NCBI RefSeq assembly: GCF_009914755.1
Contig: NC_060942.1
Strand: one strand, 5' to 3'
DNA: 64,000 nt
Source: the human T2T-CHM13v2.0 reference genome, Homo sapiens
Part shown: in pieces, positions 1 through 14,944 of the stretch
Numbering within the stretch: position 1 is the stretch's first letter
Layout: every line of letters starts with the position of its first letter
Program-made: the position numbers and the translations under genes
Notes under the pieces: generated by a model
Told to the model about the DNA's origin: nothing
What the model saw: only the letters and a program-made list of their open reading frames with translations
Databases searched by the model: none

Positions 1-524
1 AGTTGAAGGAATGTCTGCAGGAAGTAGAGGTCAGAAATCTGTATCTTATTAAGATCCTCAAATGATTCTTTGTACATGCAAAAACTGCCTGTGAACAACA
101 TATATTTTCAGTATTAAGGCTACTTTTCCCAACATTTTCAAAGCCAAGAAATCTCATGCATCAATTTCCTTGAGGAAAAATTTTCCACCTGCTATGTTTT
201 ATTTTTTCCCCTTGATTGACCTTTATGAAATATTAAAAATATGGTATTCTCCTAACTACATCTGTCAAAGGAGTTTAGGACCGCCCCCAGTGTATATCCT
301 AATTCCATAATATATATTTTATTCTGATTATTAAATTTTATCCTTCAGAATATTTGGATAGTAAAGCAAAGTAAATATGAAACTGAAAGAGACCAAAATA
401 AATGCTGAACATATGTGCTTCTCTTTTGACTCTATGTATTCTATGTATTCATATCTATATAGCATTTACAATACAATTTACATCATACATTTATTTTTTC
501 TTAAAATTCTAAATTTATTACTTG

Positions 525-1798
<1,274 letters not shown>

Positions 1799-2402
1799 CT
1801 ATCTTCACTGACACCTATAATATCCACGGAGAGTAGACTGCCACTGCCAATAGTTTCTTATATATCCTTCCAAAAAATTAATGTGGTGGGTATATGCATA
1901 TGAATACATATTATTTGATGATTTGTTTTTACATAAAATTTGTTTACTGTATATGTCATTCAAAACTTGACCAATGGGATGAATACGTATGTGTGTTTGT
2001 TTTTTCTCGATAAACCAATTGTCATCTATAATATTAAGATTTTATATTTTGTTGCTGATTTATGAAAAAAGTAGGGTCTTACATGTTTAGAGAATATTTT
2101 GTTTCCTTTATATTAATTTTGCATAATGCTTTTCTTCAGCTCGCTTATTCCCTGTACTTTGATTTTTATCAGAGTGCTAATCTTATGATTTGTATAAATT
2201 CTTTACCATATAAAAAATAAATTATATTTGTCAGGTTATTTATTTAATGCAAGATATCAATACTCCATTTGTGATTTTACGTCTGCATTTAAGTTTTAAA
2301 AATAATTTTCTTGATATCAATTCTAGTTTTTCCACTTGTCTTCTCATCTGTGACATTTAGCTGATTAGTTATTAGGCTTATGATAAACAGTTACATGCAG
2401 AT

Positions 2403-2600
2403 AGTAGTATGCTAGTAAATGTTTAACAACCAGCTCTGGAGAAATAAGAAAACTCTGACATATGCATTTGACAACTTTTATAGTGTAAAGTACTATAAAA
2501 AACTGCACAATGTCCATATGAAACCCATGTTAAGCCACTAGCATGATATTTAGCAGCTCATCAAATTCTGAAATTTTTTCACTCAGTTCTCACCTACCAC
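2403..2600. mobile_element. MER63-like hAT DNA transposon relic
   Basis: 'gctagtaaatgtttaacaaccagctct' matches the recalled MER63 terminus (GCTGGTAAATGTTTAACAACCGGCTCT). Confidence 0.6.
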
Positions 2601-2980
2601 AAAGTACATGCTAAATACATGTTTCTTCTTATAGTTGTTGTTTTTGTTTTCTAATAATTTTATGCCTATATGTTTTTACTTAAGTTTTTTATTCCATTTG
2701 GAATTCCTTTCAACTTGAGTTGAGTGATTAGTTTCTAAATTGTTTTTATGATTTCCAGAAATAAAACAAACTGTTTTAGTTCATTTTAGTAAAAAACATA
2801 CTCATTCTCCTTTGGTTTATGGTCATGGATTATTTTTCACTTCTTAACAACCACTCATTCCCTCTGCAAGAAACAAAATCTATGAAAACTAGTGGGAGTC
2901 ATTTTACTTATGAAGATGTCAAATAAGATTAATAGTCCAAAGACTATTCACCATTAAGAATTTGAAAGGAATAGTTCTCA

Positions 2981-3855
2981 TATATATATATATATAATTT
3001 ATATGTATATACAATTTATATTTATATAGTTTTTATATATAATTTATATTTATATAATTTAGTTATATAGTTTATATTTATATAATATATATTTATAATT
3101 TATATTTATATATAATTTATATTTAATTTATATTTATATAATTTATATATAATTTATATTTATATAATTTATATATAATTTATATTTATATAATTTATAT
3201 AATTCATATATATAATTCATATTTATATAATTTTTATATATAATTTATATTTATATAATTTATATATAATTTATATTTATATAATTTATATATAATTTAT
3301 CTTTATATAATTTATATATAATTTATCTTTATATAATTTATATATAATTTATATATAATTTATATATAATTTATATGTATATAATTTATATATATTTATA
3401 TAATTTATATATAATTTATATTTATATAACTTATATATAATTTATATTTATATAATTTTTATATAATTTATATTTATATAATTTATATTTATATAATTAT
3501 ATATAATTTTTATATAATTTATATTTATATAATTTATATATAATTTATATATAATTTATATTTATATAATTTATATATAATTTATATATAATTTATATTT
3601 ATATAATTTATATATAATTTATATATAATTTATATTTATATAATTTATATATAATTTATATTTATATAATTTATATATAGTTTATATTTATATAATTTAT
3701 ATTTATATAATTTATATATAATTTATATATAATTTATATTTATATAATTTATATATAGTTTATATTGATATAATTTATATTTATATAATTTATATATAAT
3801 TTATATTTATATAATTTATATGTAATTTATATTAATTTAATTTATATATATGTAA
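2981..3855. repeat. AT-rich tandem repeat array of ~875 bp
   Basis: Nearly pure A/T, with repeated TTTATATATAA and TTTATATTTATATAA units and rare C/G variants. Confidence 0.97.
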
Positions 3856-6685
3856 TTTCAACTTTTAGATTCAGCAGGTACATGTGCAGGAGTGTTACAT
3901 GTGTATATTGTGTACTGATGAGGTTTGGGGTATGATTGATCTTCTCATCTAGATACTGAGCATAGTTCCCAATAGTTAGCTTTTCAAACCTTGCTCTCTT
4001 CCTTTCTCCCCCTTCTAGTGGTCCCCAGTGTCTACTGTTGCCATCTTTATGTCCCTGAGTACCCAGTGTTTAGCTCTGACATAATTATAATTGAGAACAG
4101 GCAATGTTTGGTTTTCTGTTTCTGTGTCAATTTGCTTAGGATAATGGCCTCCAGTTGCATTCGTGTTGCTGCAAAGGACATTATTTCATTCCTTTATATG
4201 GCTGTGTAGTATTCCACGGTGCAAAGGTACTGAGGCAGGAGAACAGGGTTTGGAGGCAGAGAAACTTCAGGCTAATTTGTGCTGACTTCTTTAAGTTGAA
4301 TTAAAAGGAAAACACCAAGGTATGCAGGCAGGGCATCTAAGGCCAAATCATGATAATTTCCTGAAGCTGGATCAAAAGGGAGACACTTGGGTCTGAAGGC
4401 AGGGAACTTAAGGCCAATTAACACCAACTTCCTAAAACTGGACAAAAAGGAAAAGCCTCATCTCCCCAGGCCCAAGTAACAAAGGATCAAAGGCTTCTCT
4501 CCCTACAATCCTCCTGCTTCCAACAAGTTTCAGATGGAAAGGAAAAGTGCCCTGGGCCAAGCAAGGGCCATCCCTTCGTCTGCATAGGACACTCTCTCAC
4601 TCTGGCCCTATTGACCCCGGGGCCAATTCACCTCAGTTGTTAATTAGCCACGGGCCAAATCCTTCATCCAGATAAGGGGTAGCCAATAGGGACCCCAGAA
4701 ATCTCTGTAACTGGGCCCTTGAGCCACTTGCTGGGGCCCACTGTCACCCTGCGAAGTGCCTTCTTGCTTTAATACATCTCTGCTTTTGCCGCTTCATTCC
4801 TTCGTTTTGTTGTTACTTTGTGCGTTTTGTCAATTCTTTGTCCAAAACACCAAGGACCTGGACAACTCACATTCAAGGCCTTCCTTCCAGTAACACGTAC
4901 CACATTTTCTTTATGCAGTCCACTGCTGATGGGCATCTAGGTTGATTCCATGCCTTTGATATTATGAATAGTGCATGCGTATTTACGGTAGAACGACTTA
5001 TACTCATTTGTTTATATATCCCAGAGCAATAATGGGATTGTTCTGATGAATGGAAGTCCTATTTTTAAATTCTCTGAGAAATCTTCAAAATGCTTTCCAC
5101 AGCAGCTGAACTAATTTATATTCTTCACCAACAGTGTGTAAGCATTCCATTTTCTCTGCTGCCTTGTCAGCATCTGTTATTTTTTGACTTTTTAATAATA
5201 GCCATTCTTATTGATGTAAGATGATATCTCATTGTGATTTTGATTTACATTTCTGTTATGAATAATGAAGTTGAGCATTTTTTCATATGTTCATTGGACG
5301 CTTTTATGTCTTATTTTGAGAAGGGTCTGTTCATGTCCTTTGCCCACTTTTTTTTTGGTTGTTGAATTATTTAAGTTCCTTACAGATTATGGATATTAGA
5401 ACTTTGTCAGATGCATAGTTTGCAAATATTTTCTCCCCTTCTGCAGATTGTCTGTTTATTCTGTTGTTAGTTTCTTTTTCTGTGCAGCTCTTTAGTTTAA
5501 TTAGATTAGATGGCTGTAGGTGTGCAGGTTTATTTCTGGGTTCTCTATTCTGTTCATTTGATCTATGTGTCTGTTTTTGTACCAGTACCATGCTGTTTGG
5601 GTTTCTATAGCCTGGTAGCATAGTTTGAAGTCAGGTAATGTGATGCCTCCAGCTTTGTTCTTTTTGGTTCTGATTGCTTTGGCTATTTGGGATCTTTTTG
5701 GTGCCATATGAATTTTAGAATAGTTTTTTTTAATTTCTGTGGAAAATGTTGTTGGTAGTTTGAAAGGAATAGCACTGAATCTATAAATTGCTTTGGGCCA
5801 TATGATCATTTTAATGATATTGATTCTTCCAATCCATGAACATGGAATGTTATTCCATTTTTTTATGTCATCTCTGATTTCTTTCAGCAGTATGTTATTG
5901 TTCTTCTTGTAGAGATCTTTCACTTTCTTGTTTAGAAGTATTCCTAGGTAATTTTTTTGTGTGTGTGGCTATTGTAAATGATATTGCATTCTTGATTTGG
6001 CTCTCAGCTTGAACATTATTTGTATATAGAAATACTGCTGATTTTTGTACATTGATTTTGTGTTGTGAAATTTTACTGATGTTGTTTGTCAATTCCAAGC
6101 ACTATTTGGTGAAATCTTCAGTGTCTTCTCAGTATGAAATTATATTGTTAGGAAAGAGAGATAGTGTGACTTCTTATTTTCCTATTTGAATGTCTTTTAT
6201 TTCTTTCTCTTGCTTGCTTGCTCTGGCTAGGACTTCTAGTACTATTATATGTTGAATAGAAGTGTTGAGAGTGGGCACCCTTGTCATGTTCTAGTCCTCA
6301 AAAAGAATGTTTCCAGCCTTTGCCCATTCAGTATGATGTTGGCTGTGGGTTTGTCATAGATGGCTCCTATTATTTTGAGGTGTATTCCTTCAATGCCTAA
6401 AAACGCATGAGAGTTTTTATCATTAAAAGATGTTGGATTTTATTGAAAGCTTTTTCTGCTTCTATTGAGATTAACTAGTGGTTTTTATTTTTAATGCTGT
6501 GTATGTGGTAAATCACATTTATTGATTTGCATATGTTGAACCAACCTTGCATCCCAGCAATGAAGCCTACTTGACTGTGGCAAATTAACTTCTTCAGGTA
6601 CTGCTGGATTTGGTTTGCCAGTATTTTGTTGAGGAATTTTGTGTCTATGTTCATCAGGAAGATTGGCCTGTAGTTTTCTTTCTTC
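3856..6685 (-). mobile_element. Older primate LINE-1 (L1PA16-like), 5'-truncated, interrupted by a solo LTR and internally deleted
   Basis: 3' end 'ggtacatgtgcagg...tgagcatagttcccaatag'. Minus-strand ORF2 remnants at 5501-5923 ([15 protein letters not shown]), 5895-6098 and 6475-6687 (KKENYRPI...[13 protein letters not shown]). Confidence 0.93.
4231..4895 (+). mobile_element. ERV1-class solo LTR (MER61/MER83/MER84/LTR29 group)
   Basis: Begins TGAGGCAGGAGAA and ends ...CAGTAACA. GTAC flanks both sides (4227-4230 and 4897-4900). L1 sequence resumes colinearly after it. Confidence 0.85.
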
Positions 6686-8329
6686 ATTTTTTCTTAATGA
6701 TTCCTTATTATACAAATTTATTTACTAATGAGAAGACTGAGAACAACATACTTTAACTACCTTGAAAAAGGACCTACAACTAATTAAACAGTAATATATT
6801 GAGTTATTTGGTTCCCAGTATAGCATTTTTCACCTATACCCTTGTTTAATCTGTGAATTTGGGGCCAACTCACATGTTTAATAATGGAATTTATGATGAT
6901 TTAATAGGTATGAAACTGATAAAAATAACATTACATAGAATAAAAAATGTCTATGTTTTGTGCATACTAGTAGATTTCAATGAATATACTTAAACTATTC
7001 AATTCATTGTTATATCAACCTTCTATTGAAGAAGATATGACTTCCAACTATCAAAAAGTCCATAGATTTAAGAAATGTAGAAACCTTATGATGACAAATT
7101 ATCCATTCAAAACTTGAGCTTCACTAGTCTTCTCTTAGAATTAACATCTCCTCTCTCCTCTGTCTTTTATTTTGTTATGCTTACTATCCATTCATTAGGT
7201 CCAGATGGTACTACATAAATATTCAAGTAGGCAGCTATTTGGAAATACGAGTAGTATCATAAAGTCAGCATAAAGATGTTAATATTTAAAAAATATTTTT
7301 TAAAAGTTTTTTTTTGTTGAGGACCTCAAATTCAGATAAAATTAATTGCATGATTGCTGGTGATAAACAATTCTTCTGGCAGAATATAGTCGACTGTGAC
7401 TTATTAAAATGATTGTTCTTAATACACAGATTCATTATATTAGAGACATGATTCTTAAGTAATGCTTGGTAATTATTAACTGGTGCTTATATGAAACCAC
7501 TATGTTGGCTTACCGATTAGATATTGATTTGTGAATCTTCCTAAACTTATTACTGGTGCTGCCATTTAACATTACAAAGTTGTGATAATAAGTCAGTTTA
7601 ACAAAATATTGTCCTATTGGTTAAAATATCTATCATTGGAGAGATCATGTGTAGTGAATGGATTAAGCCTTTGAATATTCATTACCCATCTGACAGTTTA
7701 AGAATTCCTAGGAGATGATAGAATCATCGCTCGGAAAAAATTATTTGGTAATGTAAAGGTCAGAAAACTTGTATTTTGCCTCAGATATCTGTGTGACAAA
7801 TATGCTTTAAGAAAAGTCTACACTAGTATTGAATAAATAATTTTTTGTTTTACAGGTAAGCCCAAACTATTAAGAAAGATCTGAGTGTACAATATCACAC
7901 AGAATGCTATTTCAAAATTTTTTGGTTTTATAATTTTATGTACATATAGTATTTATAATATGGTTGTATTTAAGTATAGAATTTTATAACTAAACAATAT
8001 AAAATAATGTATTTAAATGTTTACATAAAATATAATTTCACAAGCATAAATATTATAAAATGAGTATTTTGATGCATTTATCATATTCAAAGTTTATTAG
8101 AAGTATTTAATTATAAAATCACCACAGAAACAATTTAAAGTTATAGTTATGTTTTATGTATTGGGGAAATATTGATGCTACAAATGTACTCAAGAAAATA
8201 GAAAACTTAAATATACACAAATCAGGGATAAAGTCAGTACACTGAATAAAGAATTAACCCCCGTAAATCACATGTTAGCATTGTTGTGTTATTTTAAACA
8301 TAAGAAGAGTACCTTTATTATATGAAATG

Positions 8330-9800
8330 CTCAAGAAAACAAAAGAGAAGGACGTATTTACATTATATGAAGCTAGTGTGAACTTGAAACAAAAGTATGA
8401 CAAATAACAGCCAAAAACCAATCCAATTATGAGTATAAAAAGATTAATGGATGAAATATAGCAAATATGTAAAAGAAAATAGACCATGACCAAATGCTTA
8501 TTTTAAAAAAAGGGTGATTTAACATTGTAAAATAACATGATATATTTCATCACTTGGTGAGGTCAAAGAAAGGAACTATTAGAACATTTCAATATATGTC
8601 AAAATGTCAACCCTGTTTAGACAATAATTCTTAATAAAGGGAATTCTTATTGCCTCCTCTACAGAGATTAGCTTTATTAGCTTGAAGCTGTACATATACA
8701 CGCACATACTGCCAAGTTTACTTACTATATATGGTATATGAATACATGAATATATATTATATATAAGTACATACATACATATGCATATGTGAACACATTT
8801 ATAGCTATATATTTTGACTGAATACATTTATATTTATGTGTATTCTGACTGAAGATAAAGAAAATATAGGCTTAAGCCTTTAGTATTTCTTAATAGTGTT
8901 TGAGATGTTTATATTATTGCAATAAAAATTGGAGAATTAATATGAAACACAAATATTCAAAAACAGAACATTTTTATTTACCTAAATAATCAACTGAAAT
9001 GTTATTAGAACTAATAAGAATTCAAGTAATATGAGTTAATGCAGAGTAATTATACAAAAATATTATATAGTAGTCCTTAATAATTTGCTTATAAATTTTT
9101 AGAAGCTTCATATTATTCACTATTGTTGCTAAATTGATAAACAAATAGAGCAAATCTAATAATATATGCATGAAACTTATGTTAACACTGTAATCTTTAT
9201 TAATGTCTTTTTAAAATTGACTTTCACCCCTTTGAATAAATGGAGAGATGTTTTATGATTCTGGATGGGAGAACAAAGTGCTGGTCCGCAAAACCCACAT
9301 CTGGCATACAAAATACCAGTCTTTTCCTAATATACCAATCTTTAAAACATACCAATCTTTTTAGAAAGTTGTTTTGTAAAAAACCCTTACGTGGACTTTT
9401 GTGACCTATTTGTGACCTACTTATAGATTTTTTTTTCTCCCCTCTTAGGGCCAAAATAGCGTATTTGATTACAAATCTTTACTATAGGCCTTGTACAAAC
9501 TTCATGTAGTATTGATCCCATATTAACTTCTCAAAGTATAAAAATTTCTGAGTTTTGAAACACATCTGGTCCAGAAAGTTTTGCATAAGAGATTTTAAAG
9601 ACATCTTTCTTTTGTAAATTGGTCTAGAAACTCAAATTCAATGGAAAACCACAATTCCAAATATATTTTTTGGAGTGTGTGTCAGTATACAAAGGTTCTT
9701 CATTTTCAAGAATCCATAGACAAGAATAATAAAAGCATTTTTGAAAAAAATGATTATTAAGGAGGAATGTACTCTACCAGATATTAAAACCATTAAGATA
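8330..9800 (+). mobile_element. Highly diverged L1M ORF2 fragments, possibly with a MER46/Tigger4-like piece at ~9500-9595
   Basis: A-rich sequence with L1M-like stretches ('ggaggaatgtactctaccagatattaaaac'). 'gaaacacatctggtccaga...ataagaga' resembles a MER46 terminus. Boundaries are approximate. Confidence 0.4.
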
Positions 9801-11213
9801 TTGTTTCTTAATAGAAAACAGGCCCCCACACAGGAGGAGAATGACACAATGAACCCACATTTCAAGCTGGTTTCCAAGTGTTTTTGGAGTCTCGGCTTTT
9901 GACAGGTAAACATAGCTATTTGTGGCATCAAAGACTCTAGGTGCCAAATTTCCTTTACACTGCTTTCCAAATCTCTGAGATATTTTCATCTTTTCTAGTC
10001 AAAAAACATTTATTGCAGCCTGAGAAAAAAATAATTTCAGTTACAACAGAAGCTTAAACATTGTAAAGGTGATGATAATGACAATATAACTTTAGTGTGT
10101 GGGCATTCCAATGAATAGCCAGTGAATAGCAAGTGAGACAGAAAATGGAGCAGCATAGACATTTGGTGAAAAAAAATCATAACTGGAACATTCCTGAAAG
10201 CATAACTCTGAGAAAGATATCATAATTGCTTCTAAGCAGAATTTTCTTTCCATGGCATCTATTTATTCATGAGATGTCTTAGTGCCAACTTAGTGGAATT
10301 CTCAGGATTGAGGCATTGTTATTACCTCAAAACTGTGTGATGCTCCTAAATCCAGTTAGAAACAGTTTGAGAGCCAGGTTACTTGTGTATATTAGGATTA
10401 TGTGGGCAAAAATGCTGGTGAAATTAACTGGGAGTTTCAGCCTTGTTATTGGCATGTTGGGGAATTTTCCTGGTATCAGATATGTGGCTGAATAGATGAG
10501 CTATGCCTGGTTAAAAGTGCTTTATCAATCTGTAAGCAAACTTCCTTTTCCTGCCTGGAAATGTTCACTTTACCAGATCGGTAGGCATCATTGCATTTGG
10601 CCAACTATCTTGATGGTTTCTTTACCTTACTTTCTGGAAAGGTCCCAATGCTACTGTCAAGAGGAGGTATGGCCAGATACTCAAATTTGCTCCAGACTTT
10701 GCTGTATATCAGATGATCCCATGATGCTTGCAGCCTGGAACAGTTCCTTATAAAGGTAACCTCATAATACCATCCTTCTACTACCCCCAAATGAAGGATC
10801 CGCCAAGCCCAATTATTGAGATAGCTTATAGGACTCTTGGATATGTTGACTGAGCATATTAAATAATTAAAATGAGATTCTAACAATAGTGAATATTAAC
10901 CTTGCAGAAAACTATGTGATTGTACTGTTCAATATGCTCTGACTGTAGGGTTACTTGAAGCATTACCATTTAAATATTTCCTTATGTAAGAAACCACTAT
11001 TGATATGTATACAAGTAATGCAAAAAAGATACATTGTGAAGGTTTTAATGAATATGTTCTGATTTTCTTTATAAGGGAGAGAGGGGACAAAATCACTTAT
11101 GCTGAAGCAACTTTAAGCAATACACTGAAGATTTCAAGGTAGGCAAATTCAAACATGTTTCTGACTTTTGGACAGACAAGCAAGTAGATATCTACTCTCA
11201 GGCTCTACTTATC

Positions 11214-11524
11214 CTTTTTTTTTATTTTTTTTATTTTTATTTTTGGAGAGGGAGTCTCACTCTGTCGCCAGGCTGGAGTGCAGTGGTGAGAACCTGGCAC
11301 ACTGCAACCTCTGCCTCCAGGTTCAAGAAATTCTCCTGCCTCAGCCTCCCGAGTAGCTGGGACTACAGGTGTGTGCCACCACACCTGGCTAATTTTTTGT
11401 ATTTTTAGTAGAGACGGGGTTTCACCATGTTAGCCAGGATGATCTCAATCTCCTGACCTCTTGATCCACCCTCCTCAGACTTCCAAAGTGCTGGGATTAC
11501 AGGCGTGTGCCACCATGCCTGGCC
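11214..11524 (-). mobile_element. AluS (AluSc-like), full length
   Basis: Alu dimer in reverse with a T-tail. TSD ctct(a/g)cttatc at 11203-11213 and 11527-11537. Confidence 0.96.
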
Positions 11525-12877
11525 AACTCTGCTTATCTTTTGCGACTTTATATTCCCAAGATCCATGGTCTAGAGAATAATAAGGACTTTATACATCTTG
11601 CTAAGATAATAACAGAGGGACATCTGGAACAATTTGGTCAGATATTTATTTATATTTATATCTATATCTGTATTTATCTCCGTGTGTGTTAACCATCCCA
11701 TTGATTTTGTGTTAGGCATGGATTCCTAAGAGCTCAATGGTTATACAATATTAGAAGCTGAAAACAAATTAGGAGTGAATAGCAGATTGCAAGCTCAAAC
11801 CATCAGAATATCAAGGTTGTTCAGTATTTCAGTATTTACAAACACTTAAAGATTTAAGATATTATAAGTCCCAAATTTTCATATCAACCTAGCATGGAGA
11901 TCAAAATAAGAACAGGCTCAAGTTAAAAATGCTTACATGGAAAACACTCAGAGTACAAATATCTCACCCCTGTCATGAGTATGGGTATGGTGAGATGGCT
12001 TAAAGGTGAAGGGACAGAAGACAGAATCAGTGTTCATGACTTTCATCCAGAACCAGGCACATCAATCCATCATCTTTGTTCTAGGCTGCCCTCTCAATTT
12101 ATCAGTCAGACTAAGTTCTGCTATAGATCTTCCAGGTTTGGCATTTTCTGTTGACCTAAATTTCTAGTTCTTGAACTCTGTTTATTCTTTGCTTTACAAT
12201 TTGTGTCCCCCTGGGCATGATATTTTTAGACTGCCTTCTTAGTAACTGACCTTCTGACCTAGGCCTAGAAATATCCCTCTACTGTAGCTCCAGAAAGACA
12301 TTCTCAAATGATGAACAGAGTAATGAGATAGCCTTGACAGCAACATCAGACAGCTTTTAAAACTACAGATGTGCCAATCATGTATGTTTCGTATATCACA
12401 CCTGAGAAAAGTTAAGGGATGAGTATTAATTTGTAGTTCATAAAAGCAACTCTTCCAAGGCCTAAGTGTTATGGACCAGGAATATGGCTTTATATTAATC
12501 CGGTCTAGTAAAAGTATAAACCTGGAAGAATCTTGCTTATAAGTTAGATTCACATTTCCCTCTGAATATTCTTATCAAATATCAATTTTCTCAGGTGAAC
12601 TTCTGCAGAAGCAGTATATCGAACAATTAAAGATTTAGTTTGGTATTAAAGAATTTAAACTTCATTCTTATTGAGAAGCAATCTATATGCTCTCAATACT
12701 CAGAGGTAGATGTAGATAGAAATAAACTGCTTTTAATAATTAAATATAGGCACGAATCAAGTAACTATCATTGAAGAGAAAGAAATATATAGACACAGGG
12801 AAATTGGCAGGTTGTTGGAATTAAAATTTTCTCCAAACACTACCGTTGAAACATCACCACAGCTTAAATGCCTATAT

Positions 12878-12983
12878 GAGTGTTTATGTGTGTGTGTATG
12901 TGTGTGTATCTCCACATATATATGTGGATATATATATATATATACACACACACATAAATATGTGGATATATATATATATATAT
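12878..12983. repeat. Compound (TG)n/(TA)n/(CA)n microsatellite
   Basis: Read directly. Contains two copies of 'atatgtggatatatata...'. Confidence 0.9.
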
Positions 12984-14041
12984 AATCCATCCTTTGTTAT
13001 TGCATGTGAATAAGGGAACCTATATAAATGCATAATGATGATCTTTATTCCTCAATTATTCACAATATAGAAAAATATGGATCTGTGTTTTCCCTAAATA
13101 TGCAGACATTAAAAAAATCCTACACCTCCTTTACTATAGACCACTGTCTTCATATACACTAAAATGTTCTACTCTAAAATTATTTCTATTTTCTTTATAG
13201 GCTACATTTCTAAATTTCTGTTTCAAACACTATTTTAAGACATACACCAACTTTGATTTGCTCTCTCTGCTTTTATGCGACTTCTTTAGTTCTTTAATGC
13301 TTCATGTGAAATTTCAAAAGTAGCGTGAGACATCTTGCTCTGTTGTTTACTTCTGCATTTTTGTTCATCTCTAGTTTTTAAAATCTGTATTCTGTCTTGT
13401 TTCCTTACCACAGCCTGAAATCCATTTTATCGTCATTTTTTTCTATATCTTCCTGAATTCTCATGTTTATGTTTTTCCATTTATGTTTTTATGACAGGAA
13501 ACTATCCTGAATTCGCTTGAGTGTGGATGTGGTTTCTATTTTACTCCTTGGATAAGAAACCAAAGTACTTTTATTAAAAAGACATCTGTTGAACTGGAAA
13601 TCAGAAGAAAAAATAAATAAAGTTATATTTTCTGATTTGGACTCTGAATTTATTTCTGTCTTGAGATGTTTTAATGTTTATGACATTTTCTTCATCTATT
13701 TACTCTATAACATACTACACATGTCTTCACATTTCTCCTCAAATCTCTAACACCTCTCCCTCCCTACAATCCTCAATGTTCATGCTTACTATTTTATTGA
13801 CTAATATAAGCAATTACATAAAAATATATTTGCTTCCCCACAGTCCCTTTCAACTCATCTGCATTTTAATTCCTTGCTTTCACTGCTATGGATGGCATTC
13901 AGCAGTCCCATTCAAAGCCAACCTATTCACATGTTCACTGGATTCCATTATCTCCTTTCCACTCAGGAATCTTGCTCCAGAAATCTTTCTGTATTTCTCT
14001 CATATCAACAGTTTTCACATCATCCTAGATTGATTCTATGA

Positions 14042-14280
<239 letters not shown>

Positions 14281-14908
14281 AGTTCTCATCTTTAAAAATT
14301 AGTTTTTCTTCACTCAACATTTCCCTTTCATTTTGTCTGCTACCCATTACAGCAAAATGCCCAAGATAATTGCTCACATTTGATAATAATATTTCTCTAC
14401 TCCCATACTTCTCAGAGTCCACCATGCTACTGAATGGTGGACTATCAGTTACCTCAATCCTGCTAAACCAAAGGTTGATTCCCATTCTTCTTCTTATTTG
14501 ATTACCACAACTTCTTAATCAATAACTTCTTGAAACACTTCCTTTTTCCCACTTTGCCTCATGGGGCATGACTCCATCCATTCTCCTCCTTGCTCTCTGG
14601 TAAATCCTTTGTAGTCTCCTTTTCTGGCTTTTCCTCCTTCCCCTGCTCTCAAAGTTGGAATGCCTCAAGGGCTCAGTGTTCTGACCTTGTTTCTCCCTTT
14701 ATCTTAGTTGATCTCATTCATCACATAGATCATAAAAGGTAAGCAGAAAACTGATACCTGTTCTATGTGCTGACAATTCCCAAATGTCTATCTGTTGCCT
14801 TGTTCTTTGCCCTGAAATCCAAACTGCCAAATTCAACACTGATTTGACGTTTCTGCTTGAATGTATAAAACACATCTCCAGCTTGACGTACACAAAACTG
14901 AACTTTCG

Positions 14909-14910
<2 letters not shown>

Positions 14911-14942
<32 letters not shown>
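14911..14942. repeat. (AC)16 microsatellite
   Basis: Read directly. Confidence 0.97.

Positions 14943-14944
<2 letters not shown>

Noticed and set aside
10459-10470. NF-kB-like site ggggaattttcc
   Set aside because: A single imperfect motif is expected by chance in 64 kb, and there is no supporting cluster.
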